From assembly GCA_963674745.2 (NCBI GenBank), contig CAXXDV010000001.1, positions 1,760,001-1,824,000 on the forward strand: a DNA stretch of 64,000 nt, given 5' to 3'. Positions 19,625 through 29,186 of the stretch are shown here, piece after piece. The position numbers were made by a program, and so were the translations under genes. The notes below the pieces were generated by a model. It was not told the DNA's origin, ran no database searches, and was given only the letters and a program-made list of their open reading frames with translations. Positions within the stretch are counted from its first letter, which is position 1. The number at the start of each line of letters is the position of its first letter. The DNA comes from Desulfosudaceae bacterium. Its GTDB lineage: Bacteria; Desulfobacterota; Desulfobacteria; Desulfobacterales; Desulfosudaceae.

Positions 19625-21874
19625 ATGGCAAAAGGTGAACTGAACAAGCAGGATTATGACCGGGTTGCCCGGGTCCTGTTCCTTTTGTTGAACCGGGCCA
19701 TGATGTATCAGGCCGATCATCCGCACATCCAGAGCGCGATCACCAATCTAAAACAGGAGCTCGGAGAGGTGTTGCCGGGTTCTTCCAGTATGGTTCTGAT
19801 TTTGAATCGGGACCAACTGTTCCTCGATGAAGAACCGGTGGACTCGCGTATAAATACCACTCGAATTGTCCGTCTGTTCAAGAAAACGGGCGTTCAATCC
19901 ATATCTTTTCTCTCGGGTATCAGCGAAGAGGAGCTTCAGACCCTTATTGTCATTTTAACAACGCCACAGAAGTTTACCGATAGTGAAAAAATGATAGAAG
20001 AGCTGAATTTTCAAGGCGTGCAGAACCTAAAGGTCAATCATGTTTTTTACAAAAAAGTGACCAAAGACGATGAGGTTATATCCCGTGGGGACAAGACGGA
20101 CAACCCCTCCCCTTTTGCGGGAGGTGAAGCCGCCGGCATCTCAGATCAGTTTATGAAAGTGCTGGTGGAAGGCCTTTTGACGGAAGAAACGGAAAAGGCG
20201 CTGTCCATGAAAAACCTTCTGGCCGATCCTGCGGGCCTTACGCAAAATATGCTGGAAACGGAGAATAAAAGCATGCAGGCGGTCGCTTCCGGTAATGTTC
20301 CCGCCGGTGCCGCCCAAGGGGGGCCTACGCCGGAAGCCGGGTCTTTGCCGCCCGGCACGACCCTGCTATACCAGATTCAAGCCTTGAGTGACGATGTAAC
20401 CCAGAAGCTTGAATCCGGGGCGCAGGTCGATATGATGGACGTGGCCGACGCTGTAAGTGAAATGAAGAAACAGCTCAACCGCGGTATTGAAGCCCAGCGG
20501 GCGATTAATCAAGCCTTTGCCAATGAAGAACAATTGCTCAGCCAGATGGATGAGCTGACGGATAATGTGATTGTTCAACTAATTAAAAACGAATATCAGC
20601 AGGGACAAATTACAACCTCCCGATTGGCGCAGATTCTCCGACGCCTGGTGCCTGAGGCCGGTGGGCTCAAGCGACTTTTGCCGAAAATTAAGGCCGCCTT
20701 GCTCGCTGAAGGCATGCCCATGGCCGATTATTTGCAGCTTGTCCAGCACCTGGGCAAGGAACTGGAAAGCGATGAGCTGTCGCTGATTATGGCTGAAGCC
20801 GCCGAGTCGGTAGGCATGGACGGCGAAGACCTGATCGAAGAAATTCGCAAAAAACCGGAGCGGGCCGCGGAGTTGATAGCCATTGCCGCGGAAATACGTA
20901 GCGGCACTGGAGACGAAAAAGCATTTACGGAGATGCTGGTCGATTATGTCGAGCAACTGGGCGCCAGCGTTCAGACTGAAACAGCCGCATCAGGTGACGG
21001 CGAAGAAGGCACAAACGCGCGCCAGATGATGTCAGACATCGGTTCGGGCCTGGTCGCACAGTTGAAAAAAATGAATTTCAGCGGCGAGGCGCTGCTGGGT
21101 ATGGAGCAGCGGATCAATGACCGTATTGAAGATGTTCTGGGCAGGCTGGCCTCAAACACTGCCGTGCTGACGTCTACACCCGCGCAGAAACCTTCGAAAG
21201 AAAAAACACTGTTACAGATGATGGAATATGGCCTGGGGGATAATGAAGCGTTAAGAGGCTACCTCCGGGTCGTTCGCGCCAAAGCCAAGGCCGGGGAGAT
21301 TGACGAGAACAGTTTTGAGCAGATTTTTCTGGATTTAATAGAACAGGAAAAAATTTCTCGGGAACAGGAGGAAAAGCGGCAATTACCTCCCGGGATTCTT
21401 AAATTAAAGGAGTTTAGATTCTATCTGGAAAAAGAACTGTATCGGGCCAAACGGCATGATCACTGCCTGTCGGTTTTACCGATCTCCATTCTTAAGGCCC
21501 GTCTTGTGGATTCGGATAAAAAGAAAGCGGCCAAAGGGCTCGACAAGGCCGATTTGTGGGATGCGGTTTATCGTCAGCTGATGGGTTTCATCAGAGTTTC
21601 GGATATCATTGGAGAGTTCAGCCATAACGCTTGTGGCATCATTATGCCGATGGCAGAGAAAACAAATGCCGACCTGGCTTGGAAAAGGTTAAGCAAATTG
21701 CTGAGTGATCATGTTTTCGAAGCCAATGACTTGAAACTGAAGATTGTTTTTGCCGGGTCCGTCGCCTCTTATTCGCCTGATATCAAACCGAATTTTGATT
21801 CGTTTGTGAAGACGATCAGCTTTGAGCTGGAACATGTTGTGTCACGTCTGAAGTATGTTCATCGCCTAACCTGA
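19625..21874 (+). CDS. Large helical protein with a C-terminal degenerate GGDEF-like domain
   Basis: N-terminal MYQADHP; C-terminal LEKELYRAKRH...LSVL...RVSDIIGEF...IIMP follows the GGDEF pattern without GG[DE]EF. Confidence 0.7.
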   Translation: MAKGELNKQDYDRVARVLFLLLNRAMMYQADHPHIQSAITNLKQELGEVLPGSSSMVLILNRDQLFLDEEPVDSRINTTRIVRLFKKTGVQSISFLSGISEEELQTLIVILTTPQKFTDSEKMIEELNFQGVQNLKVNHVFYKKVTKDDEVISRGDKTDNPSPFAGGEAAGISDQFMKVLVEGLLTEETEKALSMKNLLADPAGLTQNMLETENKSMQAVASGNVPAGAAQGGPTPEAGSLPPGTTLLYQIQALSDDVTQKLESGAQVDMMDVADAVSEMKKQLNRGIEAQRAINQAFANEEQLLSQMDELTDNVIVQLIKNEYQQGQITTSRLAQILRRLVPEAGGLKRLLPKIKAALLAEGMPMADYLQLVQHLGKELESDELSLIMAEAAESVGMDGEDLIEEIRKKPERAAELIAIAAEIRSGTGDEKAFTEMLVDYVEQLGASVQTETAASGDGEEGTNARQMMSDIGSGLVAQLKKMNFSGEALLGMEQRINDRIEDVLGRLASNTAVLTSTPAQKPSKEKTLLQMMEYGLGDNEALRGYLRVVRAKAKAGEIDENSFEQIFLDLIEQEKISREQEEKRQLPPGILKLKEFRFYLEKELYRAKRHDHCLSVLPISILKARLVDSDKKKAAKGLDKADLWDAVYRQLMGFIRVSDIIGEFSHNACGIIMPMAEKTNADLAWKRLSKLLSDHVFEANDLKLKIVFAGSVASYSPDIKPNFDSFVKTISFELEHVVSRLKYVHRLT

Positions 21875-21876
21875 TT

Positions 21877-23397
21877 TTATGGTTGTAAGCCAGAATTTTT
21901 CCCCCATATGATTTCAGCCACCAGGTCGGCACAATCCATACCGCTCTGGCAGGCCAGTTCCGTTCCCACCCCCCGGGCCGGACCGGCGCAGTCTCCGGCC
22001 AGGTAAAGCCCTTTTACCGGTGTTTCATGAGACAGACGCCGCGTGCCTGTTTGGGCCGTGTTCTGGGCGGTTGAAATAGCGGCGCCGCTGCTTTTTCCGA
22101 TCCAGGTGGCCAGGGCCCGGACTGACCACCTGTCGCAGAAAATCATGTTCTCTTCCAGGCCCGGAATCAAGCCGAACAGGGCCTTCATCATTTTATCCAT
22201 CCAGATATTGGCGTGATCCTCAAGCGGCACGTCCAGGTTGGGAGAGCCGGCCACGGCCGTGATCAGCTGGCAGCCTTCAGGCGCCAGTTCCGGGTCGAAG
22301 TTGGTCGGCACAGGGATGTAAACCGGAACATAAGCACTGGATCGTCCCTGCATGGCTTCGTGGTATAGCTCCCGCATCAGCGCTTCGGTGATTTCACCGT
22401 CCAGCCGGGAAGGGTAGACACCCACCAGTGAACCGGCTTTGAGCAGCTTTTTACGGATGCCGATTTTGGCCTGAAAAGCGGTCATGGATGCGATCTGTGA
22501 CCGGATGGTACGGATATAGGTTTCAGGAAAATGTTCTGCCCCGGCCATGTTAAGAACGGTGTCTTTGGCGGCCGAGGTTGAGATAACCGCCCGGGCGGTA
22601 ATGGCTTCATTGTTTTTAAGGACCACCCCGGTGACCCTGCTGTTATCGATGGTAATGCGTTTGACCGTGGCGTTCATCCGGACGATAGCCGAGTGCTTTT
22701 CAGCACCTTCAAGAAATGTGCGGGGAATGGCGACCGCCCCGCCTTTGGGATAACACACCGTTAAACCCCGGGCCGCCATTTTCTGGAAATTCCAGATGGA
22801 TTCTCCGGCTGACGCTTCCCAGATGGGCAGAACGAAATACAGGCCCATCAGAAAACCGAACACGGTCAACACCTGGATGTTGATGGTATAACGCTTCATG
22901 AAATCTTCAATGGAGATGGTGTCCAGGGCTTCGATGTCCTGCGGTTTCATGCGCAGGATGTCATGAAACATGCGCAGCAGGGCCGGATATTCCCGCATGG
23001 GGATGTCGGCCTGGTAAACAAAACGCAGCACGAAGACCAGCTTGGCAGCCCACCCGGCTGGCAGGGCGATGTCCAGGTTGAAGCCGCGCAGATGGGTGAC
23101 CGGGTCGGCCGTGATGAAATTGATGGCCTCGCCCATGCCCAGACGGCGGGTACATTCGCCAAAGGGGCCGTCGTTGCCGCGGATAAACAGGTGCGTGCCG
23201 GTATCGACATGAAAACCCTGCTTGAGATAGTACGAGCATGACCCGCCGGGCCGCGGGTTTTTTTCCAGGATCAGGGTCTTTAAACCATGTCTGGCGCAAA
23301 TGGCCCCGGCCGCGGAACCGCCCATGCCGGTACCGATGACGATGACGTCAAAGTCGGGCTGCTCAACAGCGTGTTTGTCTTCTGATAACGTACCGAT
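21877..23397 (-). CDS. NAD(P)/FAD-dependent oxidoreductase, phytoene desaturase family
   Basis: DVIVIGTGMGG Rossmann motif, LEKNPRPGGSC, YPKGG, GLYLAGD. The first ATG (23325) lies inside the Rossmann motif, so an upstream ATC start at 23397 is proposed. Confidence 0.85.
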   Translation of the reverse strand: MGTLSEDKHAVEQPDFDVIVIGTGMGGSAAGAICARHGLKTLILEKNPRPGGSCSYYLKQGFHVDTGTHLFIRGNDGPFGECTRRLGMGEAINFITADPVTHLRGFNLDIALPAGWAAKLVFVLRFVYQADIPMREYPALLRMFHDILRMKPQDIEALDTISIEDFMKRYTINIQVLTVFGFLMGLYFVLPIWEASAGESIWNFQKMAARGLTVCYPKGGAVAIPRTFLEGAEKHSAIVRMNATVKRITIDNSRVTGVVLKNNEAITARAVISTSAAKDTVLNMAGAEHFPETYIRTIRSQIASMTAFQAKIGIRKKLLKAGSLVGVYPSRLDGEITEALMRELYHEAMQGRSSAYVPVYIPVPTNFDPELAPEGCQLITAVAGSPNLDVPLEDHANIWMDKMMKALFGLIPGLEENMIFCDRWSVRALATWIGKSSGAAISTAQNTAQTGTRRLSHETPVKGLYLAGDCAGPARGVGTELACQSGMDCADLVAEIIWGKNSGLQP

Positions 23398-23496
23398 GTC
23401 GTATCCCTTGATGTTTTACATTTTATTGATTTGTCGGGGTGAATATAGCAGAGGATTTAAAAGATTTGCAAAAAGTATCGTTGCTCGCGTTTTGAC

Positions 23497-23560
23497 CCTA
23501 CCACCTAACCACCTAAAACTCTAAAACCTTAACACTTTAAAACCTAAACCGCTAAAGTCA
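23497..23560. repeat. Degenerate C/A-rich tandem array with about 8-nt period
   Basis: CCTACCACCTAACCACCTAAAACTCTAAAACCTTAACACTTTAAAACCTAAACCGCTAAAG; the same units recur at 62972-63075. Confidence 0.65.
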
Positions 23561-23626
23561 CAACAGGACAACGGATGCTTACAGAGTTGACTCCAAGCCG
23601 TGTCCGGCTGCGTCGACCCACCCGTA

Positions 23627-23655
23627 TTGACATCTGCCGGTTTCGTTCTTACCAT
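23627..23655 (+). promoter_or_regulatory. Sigma70-type promoter upstream of the Hsp70-family gene
   Basis: TTGACA-N17-TACCAT. Confidence 0.6.
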
Positions 23656-23696
23656 TGGGATCTCATATTTTAATTTTTTAACAAGACAGGATTACT

Positions 23697-26486
23697 ATGA
23701 ATATATTACCGCCGGACGCGCGTTATGTCATCGGCATTGACCTGGGCACTACCAATTCGGCCGTGTCATACGCGTGCACCGACACGGCTGATGGCAAAAA
23801 ACCGCCTATCAAAAAGTTCGAAGTACCGCAGCTCACCGGTAGCGGCGAATTTTCCCGCCAGCCCGTATTACCGTCATTTTTGTATATTCCGGGGGAACAC
23901 GAAATAGCGGAAACGGCCATTGATCACCCCTGGCGCATGCCGACCAAAAATTTTGTGGGAATTTTTGCCAGGGATTTCGGTGCCAATATCCCGGCCCGGC
24001 TGGTCTCATCGGCCAAAAGCTGGCTGTGTGAGAACAGCGTCGACCGGAATGCCGATATCCTGCCCTGGGGCGCGCCGGCAGGGGTGCGCAAGATCTCTCC
24101 GGTGGCGGCATCGGCCGCTTACCTGAATCATATTCGCCAGGCCTGGAACATGACCCGCGGCGACGAGGAAGAGGAGTACCTTGAGCACCAGCTGGTGGTG
24201 GTGACCGTTCCGGCCTCGTTTGATGAAGTGGCCCGGGACAAAACGCTGACGGCCGCATCCCTGGCGGGATTTAAGCACGTTATTCTGCTGGAGGAACCCC
24301 TGGCCGCGTTTTACAGCTGGCTGGCCGCACATGAGAACGACTGGGGCGATGAGGTCAGTCCCGATGAGTTGATCCTGGTCTGCGATGTGGGCGGCGGAAC
24401 TACGGACTTCACCCTGATTACCCTCAGTGACGCGCACGGCTCCCCTCGTTTTGAACGCATTGCCGTGGGTGACCACTTGATTCTCGGTGGGGATAATATC
24501 GACTTGGCCCTTGCCCGGCAGGTCGAGCAGCGGCTGAAACAGACCCTGGACGCGGACCGCCTGAAAACGCTTTGCCACCAGTGCCGCCAGGCCAAGGAAA
24601 ATATTCTGGAAAGCCGCTCGGAGCAGGAACGTATGACGCTGATGGGCCAGGGCAGCGGGCTGATTGCCGGGACCCTGTCCGCCGTTCTGGAAAAGGCCGA
24701 GGTCCACGAAACAGTCCTGGAACAGTTTTTCCCGCTGGTGGATGAAGACCGCGTCAAATCCGAATCGACGGAAAAAGTCCGGTCCGCTTTCGGTCTGGCC
24801 TATGAAAGCGATCCGGCCGTGACCGCTCATTTAATGCGGTTTCTTTACCGGCATACGTCGGATACAGCAGCCGGACGGTTACAAGCCAGGGTGCCGGACC
24901 TGATCCTGTTCAACGGCGGCGCCCTTAAACCCCAACTGGTCCAGGAACGGATCCGAGAGTCCTTGCGGCAATATTATAGCGTCAGTGACACCGGTCTGCC
25001 GCGGGTACTTCACAATCCGACCCATGACGCGGCGGTGGCCATCGGGGCCGCGTATTACGGTCTGGTCAAAGCCGGTCAGGGGGTGCGGGTCGGCAGCGGC
25101 AGCCCCCGTTCTATCTACCTTGGTATCACGACCGCCGACAAACCGGAGGAGGAAACACAGACGGCCATCTGTGTTGTGGAGCGGGGTGTTGAAGAGAATT
25201 CCCGCATCGACCTTCCCGAAAAAACGTTTGACGTGATTGCCAACCGCAAAGTGCGTTTTGATGTTTTCAGCTCAAGCTTTCGTTCCGGAGACAGGCATGG
25301 CGATATCATTACCATAGACGACTCCGTCACCCGCCTGCCGCCGGTGGAAACGGTCATCCAGTTCGGTGAAAAAGGGGCGGCCCGGAATATCCCGGTGCAA
25401 CTGGAGGTGGAGTATACCGAAATCGGCACCCTGGTGCTTTGGTGCCGGTCCATGGTCAGCAATCATCGCTGGCAGCTGCAGTTTCAACTGCGGAATGTTG
25501 ATGCCGGCCTTGATATTCCCGATGCCGGACAGGTTCTGGATACGGCACTGGTCGAGACCGCGCGTGATAAAGTGGTGGAAGTGCTGTCGGTCAAGAAAGT
25601 TGGGCAGGCGGAAAAAAAGCAGCTTTCCGGCCTGGTGCAGACCCTGACGGGTATCGCGGGGATGGGAAAGGACAAGTGGCCGGTATCGTTTTTGAGGGCC
25701 CTGGCCGATCGCCTGATCGAGATCAGGCCGACGCGGCAGATTTCCGCCGATCATGAAACCCGCTGGTTGAACCTGTCGGGTTTTGCCGCGCGTCCCGGCA
25801 TCGGCGACGGGTTTGACGCCCAGCGTGTCAGCGCCTTGTGGAAGGTGTATAACCAGGGGCCATGTTTTAAGAATAACGCCCAGGTCCGGACTGAATGGTG
25901 GATATTCGTTCGCCGTATCGCCTGCGGTCTCAAGCCCGGGCAGCAGCGGCAATTTTTTCAGGATGTCTCATCGCTGATTCTGCCTGGAAAAGCAGGCAAC
26001 GCAAAGATTTCCGATCAGGAACGGGTAGAGATCTGGATGGCCCTGGCCAACATGGAACGGTTACTGGTGAAAGACAAGATCACCTGCGGCCGGGCATTGC
26101 TGCCCCGGATTACGTCAAAAAACTGCAAGCCCCAATACCTGTGGGCGTTGTCCCGCCTGGGCGCCCGCGAGCCGCTTTATGGTTCGGCGGATCGGGTCGT
26201 ACCGCCGGCGGAAGTCACCAAATGGGTGGAAGCGATTATCGGTGTTCAATGGCGTCGTCCGGAAGCCGCGGCTGGCGCTGCCTGTCGCCTGGCCAGGAAA
26301 ACCGGCGACCGGACGCGGGACATTGACGACGCCCTGGTTGACCGCCTGCTGGGGTGGCTGAAGGCGGACAGTCTGGACGATGCCTTTGCCGCCCGGATAA
26401 CCGAAGTCAAACCGGTTGAGCAGCAGGAACAGTCGCTTGCTTATGGTGAGTCGCTTCCGGCCGGGCTGGTTTTACGAGATGCCTGA
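23697..26486 (+). CDS. Hsp70-family protein with a long C-terminal extension (DUF3731-like)
   Basis: IGIDLGTTNS, TVPASFD, LLEEPLAA, DVGGGTTD, LGGDNID; C-terminal WLNLSGFAARPGIG and RLGAREPLYG. Not canonical DnaK. Confidence 0.88.
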   Translation: MNILPPDARYVIGIDLGTTNSAVSYACTDTADGKKPPIKKFEVPQLTGSGEFSRQPVLPSFLYIPGEHEIAETAIDHPWRMPTKNFVGIFARDFGANIPARLVSSAKSWLCENSVDRNADILPWGAPAGVRKISPVAASAAYLNHIRQAWNMTRGDEEEEYLEHQLVVVTVPASFDEVARDKTLTAASLAGFKHVILLEEPLAAFYSWLAAHENDWGDEVSPDELILVCDVGGGTTDFTLITLSDAHGSPRFERIAVGDHLILGGDNIDLALARQVEQRLKQTLDADRLKTLCHQCRQAKENILESRSEQERMTLMGQGSGLIAGTLSAVLEKAEVHETVLEQFFPLVDEDRVKSESTEKVRSAFGLAYESDPAVTAHLMRFLYRHTSDTAAGRLQARVPDLILFNGGALKPQLVQERIRESLRQYYSVSDTGLPRVLHNPTHDAAVAIGAAYYGLVKAGQGVRVGSGSPRSIYLGITTADKPEEETQTAICVVERGVEENSRIDLPEKTFDVIANRKVRFDVFSSSFRSGDRHGDIITIDDSVTRLPPVETVIQFGEKGAARNIPVQLEVEYTEIGTLVLWCRSMVSNHRWQLQFQLRNVDAGLDIPDAGQVLDTALVETARDKVVEVLSVKKVGQAEKKQLSGLVQTLTGIAGMGKDKWPVSFLRALADRLIEIRPTRQISADHETRWLNLSGFAARPGIGDGFDAQRVSALWKVYNQGPCFKNNAQVRTEWWIFVRRIACGLKPGQQRQFFQDVSSLILPGKAGNAKISDQERVEIWMALANMERLLVKDKITCGRALLPRITSKNCKPQYLWALSRLGAREPLYGSADRVVPPAEVTKWVEAIIGVQWRRPEAAAGAACRLARKTGDRTRDIDDALVDRLLGWLKADSLDDAFAARITEVKPVEQQEQSLAYGESLPAGLVLRDA

Positions 26487-26507
26487 ACCTGAAAATCTGG
26501 TCCATCT

Positions 26508-26543
26508 CCCTTGAACCCTCGACCCCTTGAGCCCTTGAACCCT
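26508..26543. repeat. CTTGAACC-type octamer tandem repeat
   Basis: CTTGAACC CTCGACCC CTTGAGCC CTTGAACC; an inverted near-identical copy lies at 60429-60463. Confidence 0.7.
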
Positions 26544-26553
26544 GCGCACCATA

Positions 26554-28731
26554 TTACAGCCTGCCCTCGCGTTTCAAAAAACGGGTGTAAACATACATTT
26601 TGGCCAGAGACTTTACCGCCCGTTCCGGGGTGGGAAAGAAAACCCCCTTGTACCGGGCACCGTCGACTTTGTAAATGGTCTTGTCCTCGGTTTCGTCGGT
26701 GACAATGTTGACACCGATGACCGGTTTTTCATACGTCTCCATCAGGTTGACCACATGGGCGATATACTGCTCTTCGAAGTCATACATGGCCTTGACCACC
26801 GTGTCGAAAAAATTCTGGTCATAGTTGGGATCCACGGCGCATGTCTGAACCAGTCGCTTAACGCTGTGCTTTCTGCCCAGGATACCGAGATTCAGGACCA
26901 TGTCGCATCCGTCCCAGCGGATCAGTTTTTCCAGAACCCGGACCGGAAAGGAATTGTCCCGTTCGCCGACCAGGTCGACCGGATTGGCGTGGCTCCAGTA
27001 GGGCGGAAGAATGCCGTTGATGGTGTCGATCAGTTCTTCGGACAGTTCCGGCACCTCCAGGTTGAAGCGCGCGCAAAGGTCTGACGCCACCACACCCCAG
27101 CCCCCGCCGAGGGTCATGATGGCCACCCGTTTGCCTTTGGGCAGGGGCAGGGATGACAGGGCGGCCGACAGGTCAAGCATGTCCATGGGCTGGTCGACTT
27201 TGATGATGCCGGTTTGACGGCAGACCGCGTCAAATACCCGGGCGTCCGAGGTCATGGCGCCGGTATGACTGGCCGCGGCCTTGCTGCCGGCTTCGGTCTG
27301 ACCGCCTTTTAAGAGCACTATGGGCTTTTTCTGTGACAGTCGTCGGGCACTTTCCAGGAATCGTTTGCCGTTTTTAACGCTTTCGATATAGAGCATGACG
27401 ATTTTTGTGACATCATCAATTTCAAAACCTTCCAGATAGTCTTCGATGGTGACCATGGCTTCGTTACCGGAACCGCTGAAGGCCCGGATTTCAATGCCCT
27501 GCTGCTCGGCGAAATAGAGCAGCTGCCCGCCCATGTTACCGGACTGGGCGACAACGGAAATACCGCCCGGATCGGGCCAGACCAGGGACCCGGTGCAATA
27601 CAGCTTAATGTGCGGGTTGATGATGCCCATGGTATTGGGCCCCACAATCAGGATTCCGGCTTCCCGCGCTTTTTCCATGACCTGCTTTTCCAGTTGTTTG
27701 CCCTCGGGCCCGGTTTCACCGAAACCCGAGGTGATCAGCAGCATGCTCTTGATCCCCTTTTCTTTGAGGTCGGGAATCAGGTCACAGACCCTGGCGGCCG
27801 GGACCGTAACTACCGCCAGGTCAACCGGGCCGGGAATATTTACGACGGACTTGTAGGTTTGCCGACCCGCGATCATGTCGCGGGCGGGATTGACCAGGTA
27901 AATCTCACCCTCGTATCCGTTGCTCAACACATTGGTAAACAGCATGTGCCCCCATTTGCCCAACTGGCCGGAAGCCCCCACAAAAGCCATGGACCTGGGC
28001 GCGAAAAGTTTTCCCAGGGCCCGGGGGTCAACCGGCGGGAGGGTTGCCGCTGTCTGCTGACGGGCGCTTTTAATAACCAGGGCGTCAACCGCGCAAACCC
28101 GGCCGTCGGGCGAAACAATCAGCGGGTTGATATCCACTTCTGAAATGTCGGTTTCCGTCTGCCCGATTTCTGAAAGCCCCATCAGGGTGTCTACGAGCTG
28201 CTGCCGGTTGGCGGGCTTTTCGCCCCGGAAAGCACCCAGCATTCGGGCTGACCTGATATCATCGATCATTTCCTCGGCATCGGCCCGGGTCAGCGGGGTG
28301 ACGCGAAAGCTGACATCCGCCAGGGCTTCGGTAAAAATACCGCCCAGACCGAACATGACCACCGGGCCGAAGACCCTGTCATGAAACAGCCCGGCCACGA
28401 ATTCTCTCCGCCCCTGTATCTGGGGTTGGACCAGCAGCCCTTCCAGGGCATCGCCGGCGGTATCTTTTATTTTCCGGCAGGCCTCTTTGACGGCCTCTTT
28501 GTCCGATAAATTCAAGTGGACAATACCCGCTTCGGTTTTGTGCATCAATTCGGCCCCCATGCCCTTGATGACCACCGGATAACCATACTGTTCGGCGGCC
28601 GCAACCGCGCTGTCGGCGTCGGTTACCACGGATTCCGAGACAACAGGAATGCCATATTGGTTGAGAACTGTTTTTGAAGCGTTTTCTGAAAGCGCTGTTT
28701 TATTGTCGGGCATAATAACGGCGTTGCTCAT
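26554..28731 (-). CDS. NDP-forming acyl-CoA synthetase, swapped order (ATP-grasp first, CoA-binding last)
   Basis: N-terminal HKTEAG and EVDINPL; C-terminal PRSMAFVGAS, GPNTMG, AQSGN, AAASHTGA; start placed at ATG 28731 behind AGGGAG. Confidence 0.9.
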   Translation of the reverse strand: MSNAVIMPDNKTALSENASKTVLNQYGIPVVSESVVTDADSAVAAAEQYGYPVVIKGMGAELMHKTEAGIVHLNLSDKEAVKEACRKIKDTAGDALEGLLVQPQIQGRREFVAGLFHDRVFGPVVMFGLGGIFTEALADVSFRVTPLTRADAEEMIDDIRSARMLGAFRGEKPANRQQLVDTLMGLSEIGQTETDISEVDINPLIVSPDGRVCAVDALVIKSARQQTAATLPPVDPRALGKLFAPRSMAFVGASGQLGKWGHMLFTNVLSNGYEGEIYLVNPARDMIAGRQTYKSVVNIPGPVDLAVVTVPAARVCDLIPDLKEKGIKSMLLITSGFGETGPEGKQLEKQVMEKAREAGILIVGPNTMGIINPHIKLYCTGSLVWPDPGGISVVAQSGNMGGQLLYFAEQQGIEIRAFSGSGNEAMVTIEDYLEGFEIDDVTKIVMLYIESVKNGKRFLESARRLSQKKPIVLLKGGQTEAGSKAAASHTGAMTSDARVFDAVCRQTGIIKVDQPMDMLDLSAALSSLPLPKGKRVAIMTLGGGWGVVASDLCARFNLEVPELSEELIDTINGILPPYWSHANPVDLVGERDNSFPVRVLEKLIRWDGCDMVLNLGILGRKHSVKRLVQTCAVDPNYDQNFFDTVVKAMYDFEEQYIAHVVNLMETYEKPVIGVNIVTDETEDKTIYKVDGARYKGVFFPTPERAVKSLAKMYVYTRFLKREGRL

Positions 28732-28876
28732 ATTTAACTCCCTGTTTTTATATGTTTTTTCAAGCCAATCGGCCAGGCCGACAGGCGGAGATATCATTAA
28801 CGCTTACGTTAAGGTTAATTTATGATAGGCAATCAAAAATCAAAAGTCAAGCAGCTCTTGTCAATTGTAAACAGGC

Positions 28877-28904
28877 TTGACATAAAACACTGTTTCGGTA
28901 TAAT
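28877..28904 (+). promoter_or_regulatory. Consensus sigma70 promoter
   Basis: TTGACA-N16-TATAAT upstream of the small membrane gene and the PilB-like gene. Confidence 0.7.
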
Positions 28905-28922
28905 TTTAAAGGTCAAAGGATT

Positions 28923-29150
28923 TTGATTGTGGGAGAAAAAAAACAAACGACTCAACTGGTCTGGGGCTTGTTACTGATATTCGCCGGGGTCGGTGTTTTT
29001 TTCAGATTTCATTCTCTTGAGTCAGACCTGAAAACCCTTGCGGGGCAGCCATCTACCGCGGTCTTCATCCGCATCTGCTTTTACGTCATGGCCATCCTGC
29101 TGATCGGCGGCGGTATCAGAAAAGTTCGAGGGTACTACAAGAAAAAATAA
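28923..29150 (+). CDS. Small two-helix membrane protein
   Basis: 75 aa, two hydrophobic segments, basic C-terminus; AAGGA upstream; follows a consensus promoter. Confidence 0.65.
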   Translation: MIVGEKKQTTQLVWGLLLIFAGVGVFFRFHSLESDLKTLAGQPSTAVFIRICFYVMAILLIGGGIRKVRGYYKKK

Positions 29151-29186
29151 TCATTTCATCATTCATCACCAATAAGGACGTTTAAT

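Noticed and set aside
21877..23397. Carotenoid biosynthesis (crtI)
   Set aside because: Only family-level similarity; no crtB/crtE nearby.
23497..23560. CRISPR array (also considered for 62761-63075)
   Set aside because: Units are about 8-9 nt with no unique spacers, and there are no cas genes.
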